This document shows positions 1 through 10,027 of a DNA stretch of 64,000 nt, piece by piece (the stretch's first letter is position 1; each line of letters starts with the position of its first letter). The notes under the pieces are model-generated. The model saw only the letters and a list, made by a program, of their open reading frames with translations, ran no database searches and was not told where the DNA came from. Location: positions 768,218 through 832,217 of the forward strand of contig BQJC01000001.1 in the NCBI GenBank assembly GCA_021604505.1, in the 5' to 3' direction. Source of the stretch: Nitrospinaceae bacterium. GTDB lineage: Bacteria; Nitrospinota; Nitrospinia; Nitrospinales; VA-1. Position numbers and translations under genes: made by a program.

Positions 1-1
1 T

Positions 2-508
2 GCCATTGCGGCGATCGGGTTTGGCCTGTTTTATCGCGATCAGATGGCGAACGTGAAGGATATGGAAATTTATTCCTCAGCCACCGTTTACATCGTTTTC
101 GCCGCCGCGGTGTGGGTTCTTTACATTTCCTGCCAGAAAATCCTCAGCCGTTCCTATGGCGCTCAATTATTGAATTTGATGGTGTATGGAGTGGCGGCCA
201 TGGTTCTGGTGGCCAAAGTCGAGTGGTCGGAATTCCTGGGAATCGGCTGGGTGGATTGGCTGTTGCTGGTTGTTTTGGGAATGAACACCCTGCTGGCCTA
301 CGGGGCTTTGGCGGAAGCAGTGAAATACATTCCGCTGACAATCATCAGCCCCATCATCACGATGAATCCAATGATCACCTTGTCAGCAATGCTTATTCTG
401 CCGCAGTTCAGCGCTGGCGCCCTTGTTCCGGAAATCATCGGACTGGAAGGCTATATAGGGGCGGTGGTGGCGGTTGTCGGAGTGGTCCTGGTGATTCTCA
501 AGAAATAA
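2..508 (+). CDS. EamA/DMT-family transporter, C-terminal part (5' end lies outside the window)
   Basis: The frame is open from the window edge. The protein is a hydrophobic multi-TM sequence with an EamA-like pattern (LLAYGALAEAVKYIP). Confidence 0.6.
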   Translation, partial: AIAAIGFGLFYRDQMANVKDMEIYSSATVYIVFAAAVWVLYISCQKILSRSYGAQLLNLMVYGVAAMVLVAKVEWSEFLGIGWVDWLLLVVLGMNTLLAYGALAEAVKYIPLTIISPIITMNPMITLSAMLILPQFSAGALVPEIIGLEGYIGAVVAVVGVVLVILKK

Positions 509-537
509 CCGTTTTTTCAGGTTAGGATAAGATGGAT

Positions 538-1527
538 TTATCCCGGCTTGATACCGGTGAGGACCCCGGTTGGAACGGCCTCGACACGAAAATGCTTAAT
601 CTCTGAAAACCCGTCCTTTTCCATCCAGCGCGTTTTCTCTTTTACAGGATGGGCTTTTCCGTTTTCCGTGAGCATCCCCATATTCAGGTTGAATAAAGCG
701 TCTTCAACCGGTGCGGTTTCTTCCGCGTCGGTACAAAAACCATGGATCACCAGGCGGCCGCCGGGTACCAATGAACCATAGGCTTTGCGGATTAGATTCT
801 GCCCCACATCTTCCCCATACATATGAATGACGTTGGCCATCAGGATCAAATCGTATCCCTCTCCAAAGTCGTCTTTGTTGAAATCACCTGGCAGGGTGTT
901 GACCCGGTCCGCCAGACCATAACGCTGGATGTAATCCTGCGCGACCGTCAGCACGGGAGGAATGTCGAAGATCGTGGCGCGCAGGTGATTGTGAAGCTTC
1001 GCCCATTCCAGCGAATAAGTTCCCGGTCCGCCGCCGACATCCAGCATCTTACGGGCATCGCCGATGGGAAGCTCGCGGGCCAGCATCCAGGTGGCCTTCA
1101 ATCCCTTATCGTGCATGGCGTCGATAAAGGCGCGCATTTCCTTGGGCTGGTTGCCCAACACCTCCATGATGCTTTTCACCATTTTTCCTGACCGGATGAA
1201 TTCCGGCAGATCCAGCCAGACCGATGACAGGTCGGCGGAAAGGTTGATCCACTGCTGCATCGAGTGGCCACCGTCTTTCGTCAGGTATTTCTGCCATTCC
1301 TCGGGTAAATGGAACGATTGGTTTTCCTTGGCCACGATTCCAAGAGCGGCAAGTCCGTTGAGCAGCCGTTCCGTGCCCTTCAAAGAAAGGTTCAATTTAT
1401 TGGCCACATCTTTAGCGGCAACAGGAGATTTCAATTCATCAAACACCTGAAGCTTGTTTGCGGTCATGAGCACACAGGCTCGTTGGTACCCATGCAGTAA
1501 ACTTCCTATTTCCTTGTCAATTTCCAT
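538..1527 (-). CDS. Class I SAM-dependent O-methyltransferase (family 2, with N-terminal dimerisation/winged-helix domain)
   Basis: Contains the SAM-binding motif LDVGGGPGTY, and the overall layout is typical of CrtF/plant-type O-methyltransferases. Confidence 0.8.
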   Translation of the reverse strand: MEIDKEIGSLLHGYQRACVLMTANKLQVFDELKSPVAAKDVANKLNLSLKGTERLLNGLAALGIVAKENQSFHLPEEWQKYLTKDGGHSMQQWINLSADLSSVWLDLPEFIRSGKMVKSIMEVLGNQPKEMRAFIDAMHDKGLKATWMLARELPIGDARKMLDVGGGPGTYSLEWAKLHNHLRATIFDIPPVLTVAQDYIQRYGLADRVNTLPGDFNKDDFGEGYDLILMANVIHMYGEDVGQNLIRKAYGSLVPGGRLVIHGFCTDAEETAPVEDALFNLNMGMLTENGKAHPVKEKTRWMEKDGFSEIKHFRVEAVPTGVLTGIKPG

Positions 1528-1536
1528 GGTTTTTCC

Positions 1537-1995
1537 TCATTGATTCCGGGATTTCATGGCTTTGTCGATTTCCCGTTCGGCCTCGCGTTTTTTGATCGTT
1601 GCGCGTTTGTCGTGCATTTTTTTGGCTTTGGCGAGGGACAGTTCCACCTTGGCCCGGCCGCCTTTGAAATAAATTTTAAGAGGGATGAGGTTGTATCCTT
1701 TTTCCTGAGTTTTGCCGATCAGCTTGGCGATTTCCTGCTTGTTGAGAAGCAGTTTTCTTTTGCGCATGGGATGGTGGCTGAACTGGCTGGCGGGGGCGTA
1801 GGGATTGATGTGGCAATTGTTGAGCCAGACTTCTCCGCGTTCGACGGTGGCATAGCTGTCCACCAGGTTGGCTTTACCGTCGCGCAGGGATTTGACTTCG
1901 GTTCCGCGCAGAACGATGCCGGCCTCGACCGATTCCTCGATGAAGTAGTTGTGCCGCGCCTTTTTGTTCTGGCAGATGACCTTGATGCCGTCCAT
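1537..1995 (-). CDS. smpB: SsrA-binding protein SmpB
   Basis: N-terminus reads KKARHNYFIEE..GIVLRGTEVKSLR, and the 152-aa length is typical of SmpB. Confidence 0.95.
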   Translation of the reverse strand: MDGIKVICQNKKARHNYFIEESVEAGIVLRGTEVKSLRDGKANLVDSYATVERGEVWLNNCHINPYAPASQFSHHPMRKRKLLLNKQEIAKLIGKTQEKGYNLIPLKIYFKGGRAKVELSLAKAKKMHDKRATIKKREAEREIDKAMKSRNQ

Positions 1996-2082
1996 GATTT
2001 ATCTTGGGATAATTTGACAGGGTTTGCAGGTAAAACCGTAACTTATCAGTTTAGGGGCGTAAGGTGAATTTGTCCAGTCTGC

Positions 2083-2868
2083 CTAATCTTTTTTGATCGT
2101 CAGCCGGGTTCCGAGACGGCATTTCAGTTTTTTAGCGGCGTTTCCCTCGCGGCAAAAGATTTCCACCTTATTCCAACTGTTGACCAGACAACCGATGTCC
2201 CCTTTAGCGCATTGCGAGTAATGCGAGGAAAAATCATGGATGCGGGTTTTAGAGATTTTAAGCGTTAAAGCCTCGTTGAGGTTAAAGGTAGAGTTTAATA
2301 GTTCAGAAGTGATGTTGGAGATACAATTTCCGAAGTGGTCGATATCAATGATTTCTCCGGTGATCGCATTTTTCTTGATCCCCGGTTGCGGGAGTTGAAG
2401 AATCTGAGGATCGGTGATTTTGCGGCCCATTTTGGACAAAGGCGTTCCTCTGGCGATCCATGCCGCGGCGGGAGCGAAAACATCACGTCCGTGAAAGGTG
2501 GATGAAATTCCCGGCAGAAAATATTTTTCGTTGTTTAACTCGTAGATTCGGGAAGAAGAATTGATCACAGGCGTCAGGACGCCGTTGTCGGGACCCACGA
2601 ACGTGGCGGATTTGTTTTTTACGGCGATGGGCCGTCGATCACTGCCCACCCCAGGGTCGACTACGACCAGGTGCACCGTATTTTTGGGAAAGTAAGAATG
2701 TGCGGCTTCCATTGTCAGCGCCGCCTGCACAATGTTTTGCGGTTCGATTTGGTGGGTGATGTCTATCACTTGGGCGGTGGGAGCGATGTTCAGAATCACC
2801 CCTTTCATGATCCCGATAAAGGCGTCTTTAAGACCAAAATCGCTGGTCAGGGTTAGGATGGCAGACAT
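2083..2868 (-). CDS. SAM hydroxide adenosyltransferase family protein (DUF62, chlorinase/fluorinase-like)
   Basis: Carries the LTSDFG..D.Y.G and VVVDPGVGS motifs. It overlaps mtaB by 16 nt. Confidence 0.85.
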   Translation of the reverse strand: MSAILTLTSDFGLKDAFIGIMKGVILNIAPTAQVIDITHQIEPQNIVQAALTMEAAHSYFPKNTVHLVVVDPGVGSDRRPIAVKNKSATFVGPDNGVLTPVINSSSRIYELNNEKYFLPGISSTFHGRDVFAPAAAWIARGTPLSKMGRKITDPQILQLPQPGIKKNAITGEIIDIDHFGNCISNITSELLNSTFNLNEALTLKISKTRIHDFSSHYSQCAKGDIGCLVNSWNKVEIFCREGNAAKKLKCRLGTRLTIKKD

Positions 2869-4178
2869 CCTAAAACCTGCTGTTCCGAAACGTCTTCAAT
2901 TTTTACCGGAACCAGTTGGTTCATCAGGCGGTCGCCTCCGGGAACCGAGACCGGGATGTAGTGTTCCGTGTGGCCTTTCAGATTCCCCGTCGCGGAGTCT
3001 CGCTGGTTCTCGAACAGCACGGTGACGGTCTCGCCTTTGAGCTGGCGGCGAAAGCGGATGGATTTTTCATGCGCCATGTCGGTCAGGATTTTATTGCGTT
3101 CTTTTTTCACGGTTTTAGGGAGGTTGCTTTTAAAGCCGTAGGCCTCGGTACCCTTGCGCGGCGAATAGGCGAACGCGTGCAGGTAGGTGAACGGCAGACT
3201 TTCGATGAGTTTTCGAGTGTTTTCAAAACGTTCGTCCGTTTCGCCGGGGAATCCAATAATGATATCCGCTCCCAGGCCCAACCGCGGAATTTTCTCCAGC
3301 GCCCGATGCACGGTGTCTAGATATTGCCCAGAAGTGTAGTTTCGCCGCATTTTGGCGAGAATATCATCGTCACCGCTTTGCAGGGGGATGTGCAGGTGCG
3401 GGCAGATTTTCTCTTCATCGGCGATCAGTTGTATCAGGTCGTCGTCGATTTCCATGGGGTTGATGGAACTCAAACGGATGCGAAAGTCACCGGGCAGGCG
3501 GACGATCTCGCGCACCAGTGAGGAAAACGTTTCCGGGTTTTCCTTTTCCATGCCGTAGGTGCCGAGGTTGATGCCGGTGAGGGTGATTTCCTTGAAGCCG
3601 GAATCGATGGCTTCTTTAACGTTGTTGAGGATGTTTTCCCGCTCATCGCTGATCGACTTGCCCCGCGCCCGGACAACGGTGCAGAAGGCGCATTTTTCGT
3701 CGCACCCGGTCTGCACCTTGATGAAGGCTTTGGTTTTTCCCTGAAACTTTGACACCGGGATGGTGCGGAACACTCTTTTTTTGTGAATGTCCGACATGAA
3801 GATTTCCGCTTTATCTTCTTTATTCCAGGGCGTCTCTGGGTTGAGCTTTTCCTTGATGACCCTGGCGATGTCCAGCTTGTTAGCATTGCCCAGCACGATA
3901 TCCAGACCCTGAATCTCAGCCGCTTCGTCGGGGGCCAGTTGCGCGTAACAACCCGTGAAAACCACCAGCGCCTGATCGTTGATGGCCAGCGATTTTTTCA
4001 CCGCCAGGCGCGAGCTGTAATCGCTGCGTTGCGTCACCGAACAGGTGTTGATCACGTAAACATCCGCCAGCTCTCTGGAGTCGACGATGGAAAACCCTTC
4101 CTGTTCCATCAGGGTTTGCATCTCCGCTGTGTCGTGTTGGTTGGTCCGGCAACCCAGAGTGGCGAAAGCGACTTTCAT
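2853..4178 (-). CDS. mtaB: MiaB-family radical-SAM methylthiotransferase, MtaB-like
   Basis: Has the N-terminal UPF0004 domain (TLGCRTNQ.D), the radical-SAM motif CDEKCAFC and a C-terminal TRAM-like region. Confidence 0.75.
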   Translation of the reverse strand: MKVAFATLGCRTNQHDTAEMQTLMEQEGFSIVDSRELADVYVINTCSVTQRSDYSSRLAVKKSLAINDQALVVFTGCYAQLAPDEAAEIQGLDIVLGNANKLDIARVIKEKLNPETPWNKEDKAEIFMSDIHKKRVFRTIPVSKFQGKTKAFIKVQTGCDEKCAFCTVVRARGKSISDERENILNNVKEAIDSGFKEITLTGINLGTYGMEKENPETFSSLVREIVRLPGDFRIRLSSINPMEIDDDLIQLIADEEKICPHLHIPLQSGDDDILAKMRRNYTSGQYLDTVHRALEKIPRLGLGADIIIGFPGETDERFENTRKLIESLPFTYLHAFAYSPRKGTEAYGFKSNLPKTVKKERNKILTDMAHEKSIRFRRQLKGETVTVLFENQRDSATGNLKGHTEHYIPVSVPGGDRLMNQLVPVKIEDVSEQQVLGCLPS

Positions 4179-4328
4179 AGCACTGTTATTTGAAGGTTTA
4201 TGATGGAAAACATTTTAGAACAAACAAATTATCATCTTAGAACAAGCATTTCTACAGAATCAACTCGAATTTCCCGCACGATGAAAATAAAACACCTTCC
4301 CTGCATTATTTCACAACAAAGCAAACGC

Positions 4329-4357
4329 TTGACCCTCCCTCTGGGGTTTGATAATAT
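4329..4357 (+). promoter_or_regulatory. Candidate sigma70-type promoter for the fis-like/glmU-like operon
   Basis: TTGACC (4329-4334), a 17-nt spacer, then TAATAT (4352-4357), about 90 nt upstream of the 4446 start. Confidence 0.35.
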
Positions 4358-4445
4358 CGGCCCACAAGAAATTTTTCGTGGTTAGAAGCTCCTGTTCGAT
4401 CCTTCCCAGGGTCGAATATTCTCCCGTTCCCGGACCTTCCGTACA

Positions 4446-4712
4446 ATGCAAAGCGTTAGCCGAAAAACAAGATCTTTCCTGGAGAAGTGGCTGGACATGA
4501 CGGTCAAGGACTATGTCAAGCACATGCGTAAAGATCAGGACGGTGATTTGTACGATCTCATCGTCGGTGGAGTCGAAAAACCCCTGATTGATATTGTGCT
4601 TAAGGAAACCAATGGCAATCAGACACACGCCGCCAATATTTTAGGAATCAACCGCAACACCTTACGCAAGAAAATCACCGATTTTAAAATCAAATGCCCC
4701 AAAAAAGTCTAG
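4446..4712 (+). CDS. Fis-family DNA-binding protein (HTH_8)
   Basis: The C-terminal sequence GNQTHAANILGINRNTLRKKI matches the Fis HTH, and the protein is small (88 aa). Confidence 0.75.
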   Translation: MQSVSRKTRSFLEKWLDMTVKDYVKHMRKDQDGDLYDLIVGGVEKPLIDIVLKETNGNQTHAANILGINRNTLRKKITDFKIKCPKKV

Positions 4713-5452
4713 CCGTCATCATTCTGGCCGCCGGGAAGGGGACCCGGATGAAATCCCCGCTTGCCAAAGTCCTGCAACCGTTGTCCGGGCGTCCACTCTT
4801 ATATTATGTCCTGGAGATCGTCAAACAGCTGAGTGCTGACCGGGTGAGCGTGGTGGTCGGGTTTCAATCCAAGGAGGTGAAAACTGCCTTTTCCGATCCC
4901 GGAATCGAGTTTGTTGAGCAAAAAGAACAACTTGGGACCGGCCATGCGGCCCAGCAAACCGAATCCTGTCTCGCTGATTTTTCCGGCGATATCCTTGTTT
5001 TGTGCGGCGACATGCCCTTGATCAAAGCCTCCACCTTAAAGAATCTGCTCAAAAAACACCGGGAGAGCGGGGCCTCCTGTACCCTGTTGACTCTGAAAGA
5101 TAACCAGGGAAAAATCAAGGATTTTGGCCGAATCATTCGGGATAAAGACCAATCGATCGTCCGGATTGTCGAAAACAAGGACGCCACACCCGCTGAGAAA
5201 AAGGTTGACGAATACAATTCCGGCGTTTATTGTTTTGATAAGAGCTTATTTTATAAAGCTTTACTTGCGGTCGACAACCGCAACTCGCAAAAAGAGTATT
5301 ACCTGACGGATACCATCCGTTTTTTTGTCGAAAACCAATACTCCGTCCAGTCGGTTCAAACTGAAGATTCCGACGAGATTTTCGGGATCAATTCTCCAGA
5401 AGACTTGCAGAAAGCGGAACAGTTATTAAGGGAAGGGGATGCTTCCCTTTAA
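4694..5452 (+). CDS. GlmU N-terminal-type sugar-1-phosphate uridylyltransferase, with no acetyltransferase domain
   Basis: Contains LAAGKGTRM, LGTGHA, CGDMPLI and EYYLTD motifs. The ORF ends at 252 aa, before any hexapeptide repeats. Confidence 0.75.
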   Translation: MPQKSLAVIILAAGKGTRMKSPLAKVLQPLSGRPLLYYVLEIVKQLSADRVSVVVGFQSKEVKTAFSDPGIEFVEQKEQLGTGHAAQQTESCLADFSGDILVLCGDMPLIKASTLKNLLKKHRESGASCTLLTLKDNQGKIKDFGRIIRDKDQSIVRIVENKDATPAEKKVDEYNSGVYCFDKSLFYKALLAVDNRNSQKEYYLTDTIRFFVENQYSVQSVQTEDSDEIFGINSPEDLQKAEQLLREGDASL

Positions 5453-5485
5453 TTTTTTGATCGACCCAATTCAGGATAAATATCT

Positions 5486-6694
5486 ATGAAAGCGGTTATT
5501 CTTGCTGGCGGACGAGCTTCCAAACTGGTTCCCTTTGCGCCAACCCGGCCCATCCCCATGTTGCGGCTTGCCGGCAGGACTCTGTTCGACAACTCTCTCG
5601 ATCTTTTACAAAAATCCGGCATCAGCGATATTTTTGTTGTGGTTGAACATCAGAAGGAAAAAATGATCGAGAGAATCGGTGAGCACCTCAACAATGGGTT
5701 GAACCTGCATTACATTGAACAGGGGGCCAGCAAAGGGATCGGCAACGCCATCTTAAAAGTGAAAAATAAAATCTCTCCGGGCGAGTACTTTCTCCTGATT
5801 TATGGGGACACGGTCACCTCGGCTAATATTTTCAGCAAGATTCAGCAATCGTTTCATTCCTTCAAATGCCCGGTGGCGTCGATTTGTCTACCGCCTTCAA
5901 ACCAGATGTTTGGTAACGTGTTTTTGAACGCGCACATGAAAATCACCAAGATCATCGAAAAACCCAAGGGAAACGATCTCGGCAATTACGTTCTTTCAGG
6001 CGCCTATATTCTACCGGAGTCTATCTTCAAGACCCTGGAATCCACCAAAGGTTCCATGGAAAAAGCCTTAAAGAAAATGGTGGAAGGCGAGGGCCTGATG
6101 GCATCGATGTGGGAAGATGAGTGGCTGGACATTGTTTATCCGTGGGAGATTTTGACGGCCAATAAAATCCTCATGGATTCCTGGGAAACTTCTTCCATTG
6201 CCAAATCCGCGGTGCTGGAATCAAATGTGACCATTCAGGGGACCGTGAGCATCGAAGACGATGTGGTCGTCAAGGCAGGGGCGATTCTGGAAGGGCCGTG
6301 CTCGATCGGCAAGGGAAGTTATATCGGCAACAATTCCCTGATAAGAAGTTACACCTCTCTTGGGCAGAATTGTTCCGTCGGTTATGGCGTGGAGCTTAAA
6401 AATTGCGTCGTTCTCGATAACACACATATCGGACGGTTATCTTTTATTGGCGACAGCGTGCTGGGTGAAAATGTGGATGTGGGCGCCGGGGTCATGACCG
6501 TAAACCGCTCCATCGATTGGAAACCCATTTCGGTCAAAAGCGGCCAGAAAAATATAGACACCGGGAGAGCTAAACTGGGAGCTTTCGTTGGCGACAACGT
6601 GGTGATTGGGGCGGGCAATTCCATTCAGCCGGGAACGGTGATTGCCCATGACAAAGTCCTGCCGGCCTGCTATTCGGTTAAAAGTGATAAATAA
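5486..6694 (+). CDS. Bifunctional-type sugar-phosphate nucleotidyltransferase with C-terminal left-handed beta-helix acyltransferase domain (archaeal GlmU-like)
   Basis: The N-terminus AVILAGGRASKL is nucleotidyltransferase-like, and the C-terminal third holds many hexapeptide repeats (e.g. GKGSYIGNNSLI, GDNVVIGAGNSI). Confidence 0.75.
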   Translation: MKAVILAGGRASKLVPFAPTRPIPMLRLAGRTLFDNSLDLLQKSGISDIFVVVEHQKEKMIERIGEHLNNGLNLHYIEQGASKGIGNAILKVKNKISPGEYFLLIYGDTVTSANIFSKIQQSFHSFKCPVASICLPPSNQMFGNVFLNAHMKITKIIEKPKGNDLGNYVLSGAYILPESIFKTLESTKGSMEKALKKMVEGEGLMASMWEDEWLDIVYPWEILTANKILMDSWETSSIAKSAVLESNVTIQGTVSIEDDVVVKAGAILEGPCSIGKGSYIGNNSLIRSYTSLGQNCSVGYGVELKNCVVLDNTHIGRLSFIGDSVLGENVDVGAGVMTVNRSIDWKPISVKSGQKNIDTGRAKLGAFVGDNVVIGAGNSIQPGTVIAHDKVLPACYSVKSDK

Positions 6695-6713
6695 TAAGAT
6701 TGGGTATCGATAG

Positions 6714-8534
6714 ATGTGTGGAATCAGCGGCGTAGTCGGTTTAAACAATATTTCTGATGAGTTGTACCAGGGAATCCGCAATCTGGAATACCGCGGCTAT
6801 GATTCCTGTGGTGTGGCCTTGATGAACAAGACTTCCTTGATCATCAAGAAAAACATCGGCGGCGTGGAAGAGTTTTTCCGCAAGGAAAATGTTTTATCCA
6901 TATCCAGTAAAATCGGCATTGCACACACCCGCTGGGCGACCCATGGCACCGTCACCAAAAACAACACCCATCCCTTCACTTCCTGCGACGGCAGCTTTGC
7001 TGTAGTGCACAACGGCATCATATCCAATTTCCGCCCATTAAAGGACAAGTTGATCCGCGAGGGCCACGAATTTGAATCCGATACCGATTCGGAAGTGATT
7101 CCGCATTTATTGGAAAAATATTACAAGCAAACCAAGAACCTGGAGAAAACCCTTCTCAAGGTTCTCAATGTTTTAGAAGGGACCTTTGCTCTGGCCTTCA
7201 TTTCTTCCAAGGCTCCCGGTCAGATATATTGCGCCAAACGTGAATCGCCCCTCATGCTCGGAATCGGGGACGAAACCAAGTACGTCGGCTCCGATTTCAA
7301 TGCCTTCATCGACCAAACCAAAAACGCCATCATCATAGATGACGGAGAATACGCAATCATCTCCCGGGACAGCTATGTGATCAAGGACTCGGTGACCGGG
7401 CAGGAGATCCAGAAAAACATCACTAAAATCGACTGGGACAGCGAAACTTCCAAAAAAGGCGGGTATCCCCACTACATGCTCAAGGAGATTTACGAACAGC
7501 CGCAGGTAGTGACCAATGCCTTGGAACAGGACACCGATTCGTTAGATGAACTGGCGGAGATGGTTTTTCAAAGTGAGAAGACCCAGCTGGTCGGGGTTGG
7601 GACCACCTTTTATGTCGCTTCCTATGGAAATTATATTTTTTCATCATTGGCGGGGGAGTTTTGTCCGCCCATCAGTTCGGACGAGTTCCCATCCCTTGCG
7701 AACGTGGATAAAAAAAGTCTGGTGATTGCCTTGTCCCAATCGGGAGAAACGTACGACACCCTGCATGCCCTCAAGTTTGCCAGGTCCAAGGGGGCCAAAA
7801 CAGCCGCCATCGTCAATGTGATGGGGTCTTCCATTTCCAGGTTCGTCGACAAAGCCATTCTTCAAGGCTCGGGTCCGGAAATTTGTGTGATCAGTACCAA
7901 AGCGGCGTTGTCGCAGATGCTGATTTTGACGTTGGTCGCCTTGCGGGTGGGGGTGAAAAAAAAGGTCCTGACCAAAAAGGAATTTACAAAATCCATGGCC
8001 GCTTTGGGCGAACTTCCCGGAATCATTCAGAGCATACTCAACGAACGCTCCGGGTTCATTCACCGCATCGCTCACAAATATTGTAAAACCAGACACTGGC
8101 TTTATCTCGGGCGCGGCATCTATTACCCGATCGCTTTGGAGTCCGCTTTAAAGATGAAGGAAGTGGCTTATGTTCACGCCGAGGGAATGCCGGGCGGATT
8201 TCTCAAACATGGAACCCTGGCGATGATCGATAAGGATATTTTTTCGATCGTCTTCATCCCTCCCAGGGAAGACAAGAAGCTCTATGAAGCCACCATTCAC
8301 AGTGTCGATGAGATACGCGCCCGTTCGGGATTTGTTCTGGGGATTCATTTCGACGAACGCGGAAAGAACAAGGATCTCTTCAGTGAGGAACTGATTCTAC
8401 CCAGTGTCCCGCCGTTGATTGCGCCGCTCATCCAAATGGTGATCGGGCAATTATTTTCTTATTTTACCGCCACCAGCCTCAAACGCAATGTGGACAAGCC
8501 CCGGTCCCTGGCAAAGTCGGTGACGGTCGGCTGA
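6714..8534 (+). CDS. glmS: Glutamine--fructose-6-phosphate aminotransferase
   Basis: Starts with the MCGI catalytic Cys N-terminus, has tandem SIS domains, and is 606 aa long. Confidence 0.95.
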   Translation: MCGISGVVGLNNISDELYQGIRNLEYRGYDSCGVALMNKTSLIIKKNIGGVEEFFRKENVLSISSKIGIAHTRWATHGTVTKNNTHPFTSCDGSFAVVHNGIISNFRPLKDKLIREGHEFESDTDSEVIPHLLEKYYKQTKNLEKTLLKVLNVLEGTFALAFISSKAPGQIYCAKRESPLMLGIGDETKYVGSDFNAFIDQTKNAIIIDDGEYAIISRDSYVIKDSVTGQEIQKNITKIDWDSETSKKGGYPHYMLKEIYEQPQVVTNALEQDTDSLDELAEMVFQSEKTQLVGVGTTFYVASYGNYIFSSLAGEFCPPISSDEFPSLANVDKKSLVIALSQSGETYDTLHALKFARSKGAKTAAIVNVMGSSISRFVDKAILQGSGPEICVISTKAALSQMLILTLVALRVGVKKKVLTKKEFTKSMAALGELPGIIQSILNERSGFIHRIAHKYCKTRHWLYLGRGIYYPIALESALKMKEVAYVHAEGMPGGFLKHGTLAMIDKDIFSIVFIPPREDKKLYEATIHSVDEIRARSGFVLGIHFDERGKNKDLFSEELILPSVPPLIAPLIQMVIGQLFSYFTATSLKRNVDKPRSLAKSVTVG

Positions 8535-8659
8535 TCGTTTACAGGTTTTTCCCTTCAACGCCCTATCCCCTGAAGCCAACCAATAAAGGGTTGCGAACGA
8601 TAATCCCCGTCTGTTAGAGTTCTCCTTTCCTGTCATCTTCATAAAAAGAAAATAAAACC

Positions 8660-10006
8660 ATGAATACAGTTCCAACTGCTTTAACCATTGCCGGGTCGGA
8701 CCCAAGCGGCGGGGCCGGAATACAGGCTGATCTTAAGACCTTTGCCGCGTTTAAAACTTTTGGCCAATCGGTCATCAGCTCTCTCACGATTCAAAATACA
8801 TTGGGTGTGCAAGGCACGTTCGATATTCCTGCCGACACGGTAGCGCAGCAGTTGAAAGCTTTGCTGGACGATAAAAAACCGCTTGCCGTGAAGACCGGCA
8901 TGTTGGGAAACGAAGCCGTGGTCGAATGTGTTGCCCGCCAAATCAAACGGGCACGAATCAAAAAACTGGTGGTCGATCCGGTGATTCGCTCATCCAGCGG
9001 AAAAACGCTTCTATCCAAACGCGGCGTTCAGGCGCTTAAGGATAACCTTTTACCCCTGGCTTTGGTGGTCACCCCAAATATAAAGGAAGCGGAAATCCTT
9101 TCCGGTGTACGAATAGCTCAGCCTTCCGACCGGTTGAAAGCCGCCCGCGCCATTTTAAAAACCGGAGTCAAAAGTGTTTTGATCACCGGCGGGCACCTGA
9201 AGGGAAACCCGGAAGACTTTTTTTATGACGGCGGGCGTCCCGTGAAACTTGTTGCCGAACGTTTGACCCGTGAAGATTTGCACGGCACCGGCTGTGTTTT
9301 TTCTGCGGCGGTCACAGCCGGGCTGGCACTGGGGAAGCCTTTGGCTCTCGTACTGTCGGAGGCCAAAGAGTTCATGAGGCAGGCGATTTTAGGCGGCGTT
9401 CGATCTGGGGAAGGGCAGGGCAGTGTGGAGCCACTCCATCCTCTATATCAAAATGAAGAGCGGTGGGATATTTTTCAACGCGTGTCACGCGCCGCGGAAG
9501 TTTTAAAAGAAGAAAAAATCGGCCACCTCGTTCCGGAAGTGCAGTCCAATCTGGGGATGGGGCTGACAGGAGCTAAAGAACATCAGGACGTGATCGGCTT
9601 TCCTGGACGAATCGTGAAATACGGACAAGATATCGTGACCCTTTCACCGCCGCAGTTTGGAGGTTCCAGGCATGTCGCCAATATTGTTTTGACTGCCATG
9701 CGCTACGATCCCGCCAAGCGCGCCGTGATGAATATCAAGTACACCCCCGAACTCATGAAAATATGCAAGCGGCTTAAGTTCAAGACGGCCACTTTCAACC
9801 GTGCGGATGAGCCAAAGCAGGTGAGGCACAAAGAAGGGTCATCGCTTGAATGGGGAACCGACACGGCGATCCGCAAAACCGGATTTGTTCCCGACATCAT
9901 TTATGACATCGGCGGGATGGGAAAGGAAGAGATGATCCGCGTGATCAGCGAAGACGTGGAATCTCTGGTCGACAAGGTTTTAAAAATTCACTGGCTGAGT
10001 AAATAA
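8660..10006 (+). CDS. thiD: Hydroxymethylpyrimidine/phosphomethylpyrimidine kinase fused to a ThiN-type thiamine-phosphate synthase domain (ThiDN)
   Basis: The N-terminal [18 protein letters not shown] motif is ThiD. The C-terminal ~180 aa, with VPEVQSNLG...GFPGRIV, resembles ThiN. Confidence 0.85.
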   Translation: MNTVPTALTIAGSDPSGGAGIQADLKTFAAFKTFGQSVISSLTIQNTLGVQGTFDIPADTVAQQLKALLDDKKPLAVKTGMLGNEAVVECVARQIKRARIKKLVVDPVIRSSSGKTLLSKRGVQALKDNLLPLALVVTPNIKEAEILSGVRIAQPSDRLKAARAILKTGVKSVLITGGHLKGNPEDFFYDGGRPVKLVAERLTREDLHGTGCVFSAAVTAGLALGKPLALVLSEAKEFMRQAILGGVRSGEGQGSVEPLHPLYQNEERWDIFQRVSRAAEVLKEEKIGHLVPEVQSNLGMGLTGAKEHQDVIGFPGRIVKYGQDIVTLSPPQFGGSRHVANIVLTAMRYDPAKRAVMNIKYTPELMKICKRLKFKTATFNRADEPKQVRHKEGSSLEWGTDTAIRKTGFVPDIIYDIGGMGKEEMIRVISEDVESLVDKVLKIHWLSK

Positions 10007-10027
10007 AGTTTATCGAAAAAACCTGCT

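Noticed and set aside
8535-8659. Possible TPP riboswitch upstream of thiDN
   Set aside because: I could not find the conserved CUGAGA / ACCUGAUCUGGAUAAUGCCAGCG-type core elements, and the region looks like an ordinary short leader.
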